Of a stretch of 64,000 bases of DNA, positions 50,397-63,707 are shown one piece after another. The stretch's first letter is position 1, and every line of letters starts with the position of its first letter. This DNA is from Phoronis australis. Lineage: Eukaryota; Animalia; Phoronida. The position numbers and the translations under genes were made by a program. The stretch covers positions 903,194 through 967,193 of the forward strand of contig NMRA01000113.1 in assembly GCA_002633005.1 (NCBI GenBank). The letters run 5' to 3'. The notes below the pieces were generated by a model, which was not told where the DNA came from, made no database searches, and saw nothing but the letters and a program-made list of their open reading frames with translations.

Positions 50397-53300
50397 ATGA
50401 GTAAGGACGGGGACAAGCAGAGGAAGAAGCGGAGAAGGTCAACACGTCTCCTGCACAGAGAATCTCTGGGATTGGGTGATCTGAAGGCTCTGTCCATTAG
50501 TGAGACCCACCAATGCGCTGAGGAACTTGATGAGCGCGTGGACTGTGTCCAGGAAATGTTGCACCTGGAGACGGGACAAGTAGACCAATCACACTTTTCT
50601 TTGATACAAAATGATGAACAGTTCATTCAAATGGACATAACTGAAACTAACTGTGCTAGTGATGGTCGTAAACGACAGCTGTCACCTCTAAACACTACAG
50701 CTGATTGTGTGTTACCTGCTACAGAGTGCATGGGAGATGTGCTGACAGACCAGGCCCAATCTGCTAACCACCTTCCTTCTCCACCCAAACTGAAGAAGGC
50801 TTCAGAATGCAACCAACAAACTCAACAAGGTATGTTTACTGCTGATTCTGTTTCCTGTGATGACACAGTTACATTACTAGTGGCTAAAATTTTCAGCAAG
50901 TTTGTTACTTTGTCTTAAAATTGTTTAGACAAGCACTAGTAGCTTGTTTATCAACTTTTAACTTGGTAAAGTAATGTTTCTCCTATTATATAGTCTGTCA
51001 TGATTTTTTTACACATTACAAGTAGCATTTTTCATCGGATTAACTTGAAATTTAAATACATTTATCTTGCAATAGCTCGAACTGAAAATGGTGTTGGTGG
51101 TATTTTTCGATTTTTTTGTATTCCCGAAGATATTTTTTTGAAATTGGGTAGGTGGATAGATCTTGTCAATGGCTATCGGAATTATGCCATCCGTGTTTTG
51201 CTATGAATTACCAGTTGAGTTTTGTTCTGTTTCTCTGATGTCCCTTTGGCTTGGCGAATATGTTTGCAATTTGGTATTTAGATAGATCTTTTCAAATGCT
51301 ACATCTGCATTACAAAACTAATTTCTCGTTTAGATTCCGTTAAATGCATTTAAATCCTGTTCAGTGTATATAGTCCATTTTCATTTAATGTTCTCAGCTA
51401 GTGCTAAGATCCTCACTGTCTGAAGTAATTTTTCATTAAAGTAAATGTTTGCGTGTGAATGAAAATCAGTGTGTTGCATTTGAATTCAGTATGTTATTGT
51501 TTCAGTGATATTGTCTCAGGAGCTGAGTGCTGAAGATATTATCTTACCATTTGATGAGCCCAGTCAGTGTGTCGAGAAAAAACAGTCCATGCGCCGTTCA
51601 CGGCGGAGGTCATCAGATTGCTTTATCCTTGAAAGTAACATCATCTCCAGCCCTGCTGATGAAGTGATTGATCTGCCCATGGGAATACCTCGTACACGCA
51701 GGTCCAGTAGACTTAGGCGCAAGTCTATTGAAATATTCAAGCATCAGCAAGACTTGATGGAAGAAACAGCCAACAGTAGAGCTGATAATGGTACGAATGT
51801 GGATGATGAACTTTGTCAAGACATGATATGGCGAGATGTATTATGCTTTAATTCTCAGTGTGAAACCATGTGTGCAAGATTGCTTTGTGCTCTTTTCATT
51901 TCTGGTTATGGATAGCAGTTTCCTTGATGAGTACCCAGTCTATATGAATTAGAAGTATATTAGGCAATAGAAAGCCTAATTCATTCTGGTACGTGTTTTC
52001 TTATGCTCCCATATATGTGTGTGTTGATGCATATTGCCGTCATCTCTGTCTAGGTGTCCGGCATTCGCTGCTGTATCTCCTAAACCGTGTGCAGCATGTT
52101 AATGAGATTTGGCAGATGTGTTCCTGTGAAGCTGACAACAGATGACGGCTAGTTTCGGACTGATCGGACTATCGCGCTGCCATATTTTTGAAGTTCCTTG
52201 ATGGATTTTCATGAAAAGGGTTTCTAATGAGATGACTGATTGTCCCAAAGTTGGACAGATTCAACATATTCTGCATCAGCATACCACAACCAGTAATGCT
52301 ATATTTGTGCTGATGTCTAAAATCAATTTCTATAGTTTCAGGTGATAATTTTGATGATGCAACATCAAAGAATGGGTCTTCAGTAAATGTGGATGCGGAC
52401 AGTTTAGAGTTTACAAAGTTGAAGGTAATTTATTATTAACAAACTGTGTAAAGTGAAGTGGCTATCACTAAGTCAATATAAAGTGAGGTCCCATGTTTTA
52501 AACACTATAAAACATCATGTCTAAAATCTTTTGATATATTTACACCAACCGCTAGCCTATTACATTGATACAATGTTTCGGCCAGTTATGTCTACTGGTG
52601 TTGGAAGCATTTGTATGATAATCAGCACAGGCATCTGGTACGTTCATGGGTTGAGACTTTTCCTGGTTGAAACCTGGGACTTGTTATTGTTTATCCGGCA
52701 CTCTTACCACCACGGCACTGAGACATCCACTGTTTTTAAAAGTAACGTTACTACATCACCGCCTTAAAGCAGTTTTAGGAAATGAGCACTGTCAAAGCCA
52801 TGTAGTATTCTATGTAGATTATGATTTTGAATATGCCAAACCCAGATTAGTTTCAAAAGGTATTGTCTGGGCTTTTTTGACATCTAAAGTCATTATTTTT
52901 ATTACGTGGCCACTGCTACATAAGTATATGTGACTAAATCCAGGATCTGCATGAAAGTTGGAAGATGACAGGACCATCATTCACCTAAGGGAAAAGGTGC
53001 CTGTACCTGCTAAAAGAGGAATTTGCGCATCATTTTTTACTTAGAGTGGACTTTTTGTGATGTTTACTTACTGCGCCGCTTTTTACGACAATAGGCTTTT
53101 TTATGCTTTCACAAGTCGGCAAATGTTAAGCAATAAAAATTAAGTCACTGTTACATCCACACAAGACCGTGTAAAGACTTCCTGTTGTCACATAACTGAT
53201 TCATCAGCGTAGCTTTGCCTTCAGCGTCCACATGCAATGTATCACCATCGTCACACTGCTTAGCTTATGAAGGTAACACAAAACAGTGGTTCATTTTTGC

Positions 53301-55660
53301 ACAGAACAATGGAGTTGTTAGCAAATATCCATCGGAGAAAATACCTTTCAAAACTAGCCACTAAATATGTCAGCATTGCTAACACCTGAGAGACATAGTG
53401 AATGGCACAAATGAAGTTCTGGATGGATTTAACTGTCGCTGTGCCACTGGGGAACAAACTCTAATTTTTCCCATCAATATTAAGCGTACTATTTGAAATG
53501 GCAGCTAATACTTGAACCAAAACACCTTTTAAAGGCAACATAAACCAAATACAGAATGTGGGTTTTGTGCTAATGTAACAGTTGTCCAAGCATTGTACTT
53601 TCATGGTTCATTCCAAGATTTGAAAAATTTGTGATTTTGTGGATTAACAGTTTATTTGTATTTAAAAATTATTTGAAGAACTATCTTTTGATTGTGAAAG
53701 TTTGCCTGTAGGTCAAGTGAAAAACCACATGTGGTGGTTATTAATATGATAATATTTAATATGAATTTATTGGCCTTAGATTGTAGGTGATGAGAAGCCT
53801 GACCATTCATCAAGTGTGATAAGTTTCAGTGAACACAATGGAGACCTGGTGGAGACTGCACTGACAGAGGCTACATCAGTTGAAAAGGAGTTAAAGAAAC
53901 ACCCAAAGCGAGGGAGACCATTAAAATCTACCAGACCTGAGAAAACCGTGGATAGTTTTGAGGTAGTACACCAAAATGATGATGTAGTTGTTCCTGAATT
54001 GAAGATGTGTGAAGTGACTGGAGAGATGTCCCTTGGAGAAGCACCAACGAAGCGCGCAAAGCGAGGAAAACTGGCCAAATCTGTTGTACCTGAGGAAAAC
54101 CTAGAGGAAATATACAAAAATAAAAATTTTGTCGCTCCCACGTTAAAGATGTGGGAAACTATATTTGAGTCACCAATGGCAGGCAAGTCTCAGAAACTTG
54201 TTAGCACTAAGAGATTCAAGCGGTTGATTGACTTTGAAGACTTCCAACCTCAGAAATATAAGCTGCGGCGACAGAAGGCATTGAAGCGTGGCTGGAAGGC
54301 TCCGACCAAGAAGAAACGTGAAGCTGCAGAGAAGTTTCTCCAAAATAAGATGCTGGAGCTAGAGATGGATGAGTTAGGTGTTGTGTCTAGTGAGAGTTCA
54401 CGGAGCAGTAGTTTGAGTGAGCTACCCGAACTACCGTCCCAAGACTTGGATAGGGGTGGCAGGGATATATTTAATGAGACCTCCCGCAGTAGTAGTAGTG
54501 TGAGCGAACCGTCCCATGACATGGATAGGGGTGACAGTGAGTTGTCTGATGAGACCCCCTGGAGTAGTAGTGTGGGTGAACTATCCCAAGACATGGATAG
54601 GGATGACAGTGAGTTGTCCAATGAGACCCCCCGGAGTAGTAGTGTGAGTGAACCGTCCCAAGACATAGTCAGTGTTGATAGTGAAGTTGTCTCTGACATG
54701 ACCTTGGAGCGTGTGAGTGCCACTCAAAAGACTGCTAAACTGAGCACAGCTGAACAAATGGACATTGGCTGTGACAAGGTCAGAGCTGCCTCACGTGAAG
54801 AAGATTCTGTAGAAGGTATGGCCATGTGTGACATGTCACCTGTTAGTGACCTTACACCCTTGTCTCAGGAAATGGAGACGGATGTGTTCACCACTACACC
54901 TGCTTTAGCTCCAGTCAATACTGTTGTAACAGAACCTAGAGAGACAGGTGAAGAGATAGCAGGTGATGTGGACAGGGAGGAGTTTATTGCTGGTAGTTCT
55001 TTACCTTCTGAGATTTTACCTGATCATATGGACCAGTTGTGTGTTATGTCTGCTTTTGATGCGTCTAGCGTCAGTTCTGATGGAGTAGGTGGCAAGCATG
55101 GAACTTGCGATGTGCCTTCTGATAGGGTGGACGAGGAGTGTGCTGAAGCGTCTGACATCACGTGTGACAGAGTGGACAGGAGAAAGTGTGCTTTAACTGG
55201 CTCCTCGTCTGACAAGATAGACTGTGGACAGGACTATGTGAATGATGGTATGGACAGGGACAGTGTGAGTACTGAGATTAGTAGTGACAATGACAGCTCT
55301 GTGGAACATGTGACAAGTGATGATGGATGTTCCCACCTACATGCTCAGGTGAACCAAGACCTTGATGAGTCAGTCAAGTCAAATATCAGTGACGACTCTT
55401 TTCAAGATTTTGGGAACATGACTTTTGACTCTAGTAAAGAATTCCCTGAACTCTTGTATGATGACACTGGGAATGAATCAGCACTGGACACTGCTATATA
55501 CCTGAACACACCTCCTGATAGTAGAGAGTCTAACTGCTCTATAGAGTGTTCAACTAGAACTTTGTTACAAGCATCCATGAACATGTCCAATGGTAGTGAT
55601 AAGAGCATGCTAGATGACAGTTTAGTTAGTGGTAGTGCCGACGTTATGAATTGCAGATAA
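50397..55660 (+). CDS. Tantalus-domain protein (PRR14/PRR14L family), about 890 aa
   Basis: Exons 50397-50829, 51506-51790, 52342(or 52336)-52424 and 53780-55660 are phase compatible. Motif LEEIYKNKNFVAPTLKMWETIFESP resembles the Tantalus core (EIYTNKNY..P....LETIFEEP). Basic NLS-like stretches and a long acidic tail are present. Confidence 0.75.
54390..54690 (+). repeat. Coding tandem repeat (about 72 bp / 24 aa, about 4 copies) in the Tantalus-domain gene
   Basis: SSSVSEPSHDMDRGDSELSDETPW-like units in ORF 53816..55660. Confidence 0.85.
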
Positions 55661-58074
55661 GTACTTTTGTTGAGAAGTATTTAAACCTTTCATTTTTAGC
55701 ACTTTTTCATACTGTCTATTGTTCAGCTGAACTAGCGCCGTCATTTACATAACAACTTTTGTAAGAAATAGAATTATAAGATTTTTAGCTTTAATTAGAA
55801 ATAAACTTCAATGTTGGTACTAAGAAATCAATATAGAATGATAGCAACCCTTCATTAGTTGAAGGCACGACTGTATAAGCGAGTATATAGATGCTGTCAA
55901 ACAAGTACAGTTGTGTCTTCATCCAAGTTTGTATTTGAAACATACATTGATATGAAGTGTTAATTGGTGTTGTGTAGAAATAGTCTTATGCACAGAAAGT
56001 TCTGACTGGAGTTCTGCTTGGCTTATTTTACTTTATGACTTTTTAAGCAAGTTTTGGTACAGTACACGCATCAACTGCTCACCTATAGTACACACAAAAA
56101 ATAATCCAAAAATGCCCCTGAATTCCTTGTCATGATGGCTGAGTGTAAGTGGATTTCACCATCAGAGTGGTTAGAATGAACCATTATGATGGGCAAATGT
56201 CTGTATAACAGCCATCTGCAAAAGTTTACAAAAATGAGTCCTCAAACTGGAAGTGTGGCGCTGAAAAAGTCGCTTGAGAGGATGTCTGATCAATTCTGTT
56301 GCATTAGTATTACCTGTTTCTGGCGTCATTGCTCAAGTCAGGTGGCTAATTGTTACGCAGAGGTATGTACCATGATTGCAGTCACCATTTCAGTGATTGC
56401 TTGTGCCTCCATACACGCACAGGCACACACACACACGCACACACCCATGTATGTACATGCATATAAATGTGTTTGAATGTTAATATGTACAGGTGGGCTG
56501 GAACACGTAACCACAGTCACAGCAGGGGCGGATCCATGATTTTGAGTGGGGGGGGCAGGGTGGAGTATTAGCCAGGATTTTGCCCATCAGACATTCGCAC
56601 CCCAAATGCTAAATGGAATCTGGGAGAATTTTAGGGGAAGGGGGGGCATGCTGCCTTGGGAAGGTAACATAAAATGCTCTTCTGTTTTTGATCTCTCTTG
56701 TATCACTATTGTTACAAGTTCTTTCACTTCGAGAATTCCATTTCTCCTGCCCTTTTCAGTTTCTAATGTGAGTTGAACATCTAATGTTCGCTGTGTAAAT
56801 TGTCTGCTGCTTCGTCATCTCCCGACATAAATACCTTTCACATTACAATTCGAACTGTATTCTTCTGTAAAATTACCACTTATTTGTATTTTCTACTACC
56901 GACAACCAACACTGAAAATTAACATCTCTCAGCCTCTGTTTGAATTGCGACAAAAATATTGTTCTTTGCTCACTCATCACCAACTCTGTGGTTCAACCTT
57001 ACATGGCAAAAATTAGTTGTATAAAAAACAAATTTTAATACGGGCACACCAATTGTTTTGACCCTGCAATTGCCTGTCATATTACAAAAAACATTGTTTT
57101 GGAAGTCTATTATTTTGCATTTTTAATATTTTCAAAAAATATTTTATCAACTTACATACAAGACGCAGATAAATCACGACGGCCACATCCGTTGTCATGG
57201 TGTTGGTCGTCTTAAATCCAAAATGAGAAATGTTACAGGGTAACATAAACATAGAAATGAACCAGAAGAGTTATATAAATGACTCATTAAACTAGCGTTG
57301 AGATACTTTCAATGATTCAAAAGTTTTGTACTCTATTAGATCTAAGACAAAGAATTTGAAATATGGATCCTTCACTTGCAGTTGCCTTGAAGATTTTCAT
57401 CTCGGGCATTCATCCAAAATTATACATATTTATATATAAATTGGTCCTTTGGAGCCGTTTGATACAGTTATTCGGCGGGGTGCAGTGACATTTACACAAA
57501 ATATGATGAATTAATTATTCCAAATACCTATCCTAAATTTGAAGATGAAGGCTTTCTGATAGATAAAAAACGTGAACGTGAAACATCTATTGTGTAGATT
57601 TGAAATGTACTTTGGATAGATCACTATATAGGTTGTAGTATAGCATTGTCCATAGTATTTTATAAATAAACCAATTTCTTGAGAAAGTTATTGATCCTGA
57701 TGCATCATGTCGCCGCAGTTAGTGTTACCGTAAACAAGAGATAAGTCATATAATGGAACACATTTTTACGATCAAAGAAGTGAACTCTGGTCCGAAAAAT
57801 AACAGTATTCATGTCAAAGAATCTTGATCACAAGTTGCACAGTTGTCAACATTCGAGAATAAAAAAACGGGCCAACTGAATTGCAAAGCCGAATAGCCCA
57901 TTGTGGATGCCTTAAAAAACCCATGAAACATCCCGTAACCCATTTTTCTCTTTTTAGTAGGGCTATGTCCTGTGGAAAATTGCAATAGTATATATGATAC
58001 GTCAATATGGCCGTGCGTCAACAAGCGCGATATTTTGATGATGTGGCAGGATGGCGGGAAAAATCCAAAAAGCG

Positions 58075-58221
58075 CGACTCTTATACCCAAAAGCAAAAAT
58101 AGTAAGGAAGTTCTGTTGTTAGATAATTGGAGGCCAATCTGACTACAAAAGCCATTACAAATATAATTAATAAGTTCATGGACAAATTGATTCAACCCGA
58201 TCAAACGTCATTACCTAAAAG
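58075..58221 (+). pseudogene. L1/Tx1-like reverse transcriptase remnant, upstream half
   Basis: IPKSKNSKEVLLLDNWRPI* and, frameshifted, KFMDKLIQPDQTSLP: the LIPK..NWRPI and I.PDQ motifs of non-LTR RTs. Confidence 0.75.
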
Positions 58222-61200
58222 CAGGAAGAGATAACCAGGAAGGGACAACTAGCTAAACCGCCGTTTTTGGCCTCCTTCCCCGGATAAATTTCAGGACTTA
58301 CGTTTCGTTTAAAAGGAAACAGATGATTTTATCAGAGAGATTAAAGCTTTTTCTATAGAAGGATATCAAAAAAACTCACTTTGCAACCTTAAACAGTGGT
58401 GTAATTGTACTTTGAAAATATCGACTTCAGGGCACTCAATCGCAACTTCCCACACGCAGTCACGGGTATTTAAGCTTTTCCGTCGATGTATAGATGGCGC
58501 AGTAGTCAAGTACTCCCTCATTTGCATATCAAATTTGCATGTGGGAGTTCTGAGACTCGTCAGTTGTTGGTCCAGCCCTTGAGTGAATAAAGCGGCGACC
58601 TCCCGCTGAGAGCACGCGCTTATGAAGATATCACAGCGAACTCGATCGCTTCGCAATCAGAAGGTGAAAGCACTCTCATGACCGCAGCTCTGAATTCCAG
58701 CTAAGCAAGCCCTATTTCGAGGAGCGGACTTTGAATTGTTTTCGTCCCCTGACAGTGGATTGCAGAGATTAGAATGAGGTCAACATCGAACTTTCTGCGG
58801 CTATCTATCGTGTTGACAAACGTTTGAAGTGTAAGAACCATAGACGGAGCGCGCGGGTTGTCTATGATTCCTGTTCTTCTTCAGTTGACGAAAACATTGC
58901 TATCGGCATAAAAATGACTGTGGGAAATTCATTTTGTCGTAGATACCTGTATCCAATAATAAATATTAATACTCTGTAATATCTCACCCTCCGCGTTTCG
59001 TTTCTTTGACGTTGTTTGAGGTTGCGGTATCGTGAAACAACGCCGTCGGGTGAGAGAAGTTGCACCGAATAACTGGAATTGGCTGTAGTTCTTCCTTTAG
59101 AATGCCTGGACTCAACTGTGCCGTTTTCTTGGCAAGTCTCTTGCCTGCCGAAATTTTTCTGAGCATTGAAGACATCGGCCTTCTCCTGCGCCAAACAACC
59201 TTTTGTCTGCTACAGAAATGTTATGCCTAATTTTCTACCATTTTAGCACACTTTGTAGCTCTGCTACAATTAGCACTGCCATAATCGTATTTCTTAATTC
59301 CGCCAAAGTATGCATACTTGGAAGTTAGTTTTGCTAGGTGTTTTTCCAAATTAAGCCACAACAGTTGTTCATCATTAAAGGCGAAGGAAACCTTTTCTCA
59401 TGTCATTGTTAGCAAAAATAAAGTTCGTTGATTATCCCAGACACAGTTTTCACTTATTTACTACTTTTTGTAATTTAATTAATTACTCGTCGTCTACTCC
59501 TGGAAGTGACGTTTTGGGATGCAAGAATTTCGCGCCAATTTCTTTTCATATAGTCTGACTGTGAGAGCAGTCGAGTCAGTCATTGCTCTACCTCAGTCGT
59601 GATAAGTTCGGTTGTCGTTTGCTCTTGCTTACTAGTCAGTCAACATGCCACGCTGTTGCTGCGTACTGGGGTGTACTCATTATCGTCTCACGTACAGAGG
59701 AAGAACTGTCCCACTTGCCCGAGTGTCCCGCGACACACTCCCACTGGAGGGTGATCTGAGCCCCCAATTACTGCTTATATCCCGCCGTGTGACTCCCGCG
59801 CCACACACCTGGCACCTTCCAAATAGCTCCAATACAAGTCCACAATAAACTTATCAAACTTAGGCTCACCGATCTGTTCATTGGGTGACGAACTGTCCTC
59901 TTCACTGGGTGTCGAACTGGGCCTGTATTCACTCCCACTACTCAACATCGCTGCAGGGCTGCTTACAGGCTCTATGCTAGAGACAACAGCACAGGGCGAA
60001 TCACTGCTAGTTCCCGGAATTGCACGCAATGGGGTATGTTCGGAGGCACGGGTAACAGTAGATGAAGTGCCTCCAGTCACTATATAGTGGCCACAGCTCG
60101 CGACGCTTCTCGCGTCAAAAACGCACTTCTCGGGGTTGACGATGGGGCACTGCCGGGAATCAACAGCGACGGTATGGTACCATTCTTCAGGCGTTGTTTC
60201 GCAGGGACCTCCATCAATTCAGCGTACATATCTGTCATAATCTGACGGCAGAAAATGCTTGCCACACACTCGGTAACCCTTCATTGCTTTGTACGTTGCG
60301 TGGACGGGTAGCGCTGCGTTCTTCACATGAACGAGCTAGCCAAGTATGGCGAAGTGTGTCATGCTTCGGAAAGCGACGCAAGGTACCCAAACCGCGTGTG
60401 AGACGAATGAGTACATCCCGGCAGGCAGCAACAGCGTGGCATGTTGACTGACTTGTAAACAAAAGCAAACGACGACCGCACTTATCACAAACGAGGTAGA
60501 ACAATGACTGACTCGACTGCTCTCACAGTCAGACTATTATGAAAAGAAATTGGCGCGAAGCTCTTGCCTCCCAAAACGTCACTTCCGGAGTAGAGGACGA
60601 GGCCAATTAATCAAATTACGAAAAGCTGTAAAAGAGTGAAAAATGTGTCTGGGATAATCAACGAACCTTATTTTTGCTAAAAGTGATATGAAAAAAGGTT
60701 GCCTTCGCCTTTAAATGCCTCAAATTCCTCGACGCCATGGACATTTCCGTCAACACAAAACGCACCCTTGCCATTCTTAAAAATTCGTGTATATGTGCTA
60801 TAATTGCTTCGAAGGACCGGCAGTAACCGTGGCTTGAATGTCGGCAGCTTCGTCACTAAGTCTACAACTAACTCCTGTTGAAATTCTCCATACTTCAAAA
60901 TTCTTGTTTGCAGGTGTGGTGATTGCCATTCAATGGTTTTCATGATAAGAGACTAGAAATCCGAGTTGTCACACACGCCCACTGGCCTGGTGCTGCCTTA
61001 CATTTTCACTAGCCTCCTTGCTACAGTCGACTTGCGCAATAGACAAATTAGTGTCCACATTTGTGGTCACTTGCCGGGTACAGGCCCATGAGACAAGTTG
61101 CAGCAACAAATTCAGTACGAATCCATAAACCTTTTTACACGCACAAGTAAATGCGCAAAAATGCTCCTGTATTTCTTAAACCTTTAATTTAATGCTCAAG

Positions 61201-63236
61201 CTATACAACGAGTGCGTGTTGAAACACAACATTGACCTTAGACCAAAGATGGACTCCTTGCATCAGTACCTTAGTAAGCGGGGGAGGGCGAGTCCAACCC
61301 CCCCAAAAAATTGCATGCCTCAGGGTCAAACCATGGCAACCGACAAAGGTGTGGGACTGGGGAAGGACAAAAAAGAAAGACTTCGAATTCTGATCAGAGA
61401 GAAAATTCAAGAGAACATTGAAAACTCGGTATCAGTGTATGGTTTACCATTTGAGGGCCCTGTCCAGGACAATTCAGTGTTGTTAGGGTCTCCGTTTTTG
61501 CAGCATAGGTCGTCTTGAAAATGTGCACTTAATCATTCATACATGTATTTCGAAAATTTGTAAAGCAACAGTTTTGCGGAGCGTATTACTTCAGTCCAAG
61601 TTTTTTCAGTAGTCCATAGGTGGTGCACTACGGGAGGGCTGAGAGGGCTTTAGCTCCCACTTTTTTCAGAACTACGCCCTCACCTCCGGCATGACACTGC
61701 CAACTACTCACGAGGGGAAGTTGAGATTCCAAATTCATCAAAAACACAAAACATTCGTGCACAGCACAGAAGCTGTCTTGTAAGAAATGGCGATGCGTCA
61801 CTGAACTTAGTTGAAGCCTGAAGGCTGACTTGCAAAAATTCGATCCATCATCAGACCACCATATCGCAAAGAAGGACCACTAAACGATAACAGTGATATT
61901 CATGAATGTCGGGCAGCTCTAAATGCTTTATTGACTTAAAAACTAGACTAATGAAATTCAAAAATTTACAAACCGTAGGTCGAAAAAGAAGTTCAAGTCA
62001 TTGCTCATAAATTTGGAAAGATTGTCTTTGCACTTCCTTGATGCTTGTAGTTCCCAGTAGTATTGTGCAATGGAATTTGGGTTCTTCTAAACCCGCGAAT
62101 CGTTTGCTTGCCATTCCCGTGCATACTGCAAAGGCTGAACACGTCGTGACTCAGTGACGCACCCACGTTAAAAACTAAGGTGTAGTCATGCCGCTAGTAG
62201 GCTGCCCGCGTAGAATCCGCGCACAGTGATTGACGGGAAAAGAACTTGAACTGCACTGAGGGGACTGGAGTGAAGTGTGCGCATTTTTGGGACACCGCGT
62301 TCATTTTCCCCAGCCGCCCGGCAGAAGCTGGAACAGTGGCCGTGTTTCAACAAGGAATTTTGACACAGCTCATAGGCCAAGGATTTCGGAATCACATCTT
62401 TCAAAAAAAATCTTCAGGAAAGGACCGTATTAAAATGAACTTTTCCCGAAACTGGGTCAAAAAACGACCTTGGAGCCAGAACACGGGTATAGGTTCGAGT
62501 TAAGCCGCACGTCTCAAATGAATCATAGCGGAGCTGACCAGCGACTCGCCGTAGTTCGTCGAACTGCGCATGAATCATAGCAGAGCTCACCAGCGACTAG
62601 CATTAGTTCGTCGAATTGCGTATGTATGGATCAGACTTCCCTGCGACGCCACGACACCGGCCACCGTAGCGGGAGCAGCAAATTTCTTGACTAACACCTG
62701 CTGGATTAAGCAAAATGACGAAGTCCACGCATACACACATGCAAGCGTATCCAAATACAATTAAATGTATTTCCATGTGAAACCATTCAATGTTCTTTGA
62801 ACATTGACTTGTGTGAGTTCTTAATTTTCTTAGATCTGCCCAATCAGGTAGAACTGTGTTTCAAGTCATTCACTATAGGCAACTGAGGGTTCAAATTGGA
62901 AGTTCGCGTCGTATGACGTCATATGACGTAGCAGATGCGAGCCTCATTTGCATATATTAGTGACATCTGTTGGTTCAAAAAAGAGGATCATGCCCGAGTA
63001 CATGCCTGGGAAGAGGCATCTTTTGGAAGGATAAAACAAGTCATGTTCAAAGCATACTAGTGCCGTTAATATGCAGTCTTTGGGGACCAAAGTGGTGTCA
63101 TTTTATAGCTAAAGAGTTAAGCTTTCAAACACAATGCCTGGATTCCAGACGACTTTAACATTTACTTTTGAAATCACCTTTGAAAACACGTTAAAATGCG
63201 CTAAAACAGTTGTCCCTTCCTGGTTATCTCTTCCTG
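58222..63236. mobile_element. 5.0-kb TIR DNA transposon (P-element-like, apparently non-autonomous)
   Basis: Perfect 29-bp TIR CAGGAAGAGATAACCAGGAAGGGACAACT at both ends and 7-bp TSD CTAAAAG (58215-58221, 63237-63243). Removing it restores an in-frame RT peptide. Confidence 0.88.
59379..60710 (-). mobile_element. Kolobok-like non-autonomous element with a degenerate THAP ORF
   Basis: TTAA on both sides, AGGCGAAGG...CCTTCGCCT termini and imperfect inverted arms of about 310 bp. Frameshifted THAP on the minus strand: MPRCCCLPGC / LRRFPKHDTLRHTW / VCGKHFLPSDY / RLKNGTIPSL. Confidence 0.85.
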
Positions 63237-63530
63237 CTAAAAGGTATATTGGCCAAAATATTCGATCAGTTAAAGATTTGATGGAATACTACAAACAAAA
63301 TAAATTTGATGGCCAAATTATATTCCTGGATTTCAAGAAAGCATATGACACCTTAAAATTGGATTTCTCGTTAAAAACTTTAAAAGCCTTCAATTTTGGA
63401 CGAAGGGTAATAAGTAAAATAAAAATTTTGTATAACAAAATCTCACTCACCACTCGATACTTTGACACTGAAAGAGGCTTACGATAGGGTGATCCGCTAT
63501 CAAGTCCCCTTTTTGTGATATGTGCAAAGA
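63237..63530 (+). pseudogene. L1/Tx1-like reverse transcriptase remnant, downstream half
   Basis: KRYIGQNIRSVKDLMEY...IIFLDFKKAYDTL...LKAFNFG...RGLR*GDPLSSPLF (LDFxKAYD and RQGDPLS motifs). Confidence 0.85.
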
Positions 63531-63706
63531 GGCTTACGACAGGGTGATCCGCTATCAAGTCCACTTTTTATGATATGTGCAAAGAGGCTTACGACAGGGT
63601 GATCCGCTATCAAGTACACTTTTTGTGATATATGCAAAGAGGCTTACGACAGGGTGATCCGCTATCAAGTCCACTTTTTGTGATATGTGCAAAGAGGCTT
63701 ACGACA
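63471..63706 (+). repeat. 55-bp tandem repeat (about 4.3 copies) of the RT RQGDPLS-coding segment
   Basis: Unit AAGAGGCTTACGACAGGGTGATCCGCTATCAAGTCCACTTTTTGTGATATGTGCA at 63472, 63527, 63582, 63637 and 63692. Confidence 0.92.
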
Positions 63707-63707
63707 G

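Noticed and set aside
62518-62620. 52-bp direct duplication inside the P-like element
   Set aside because: Only two diverged copies and no evident function.
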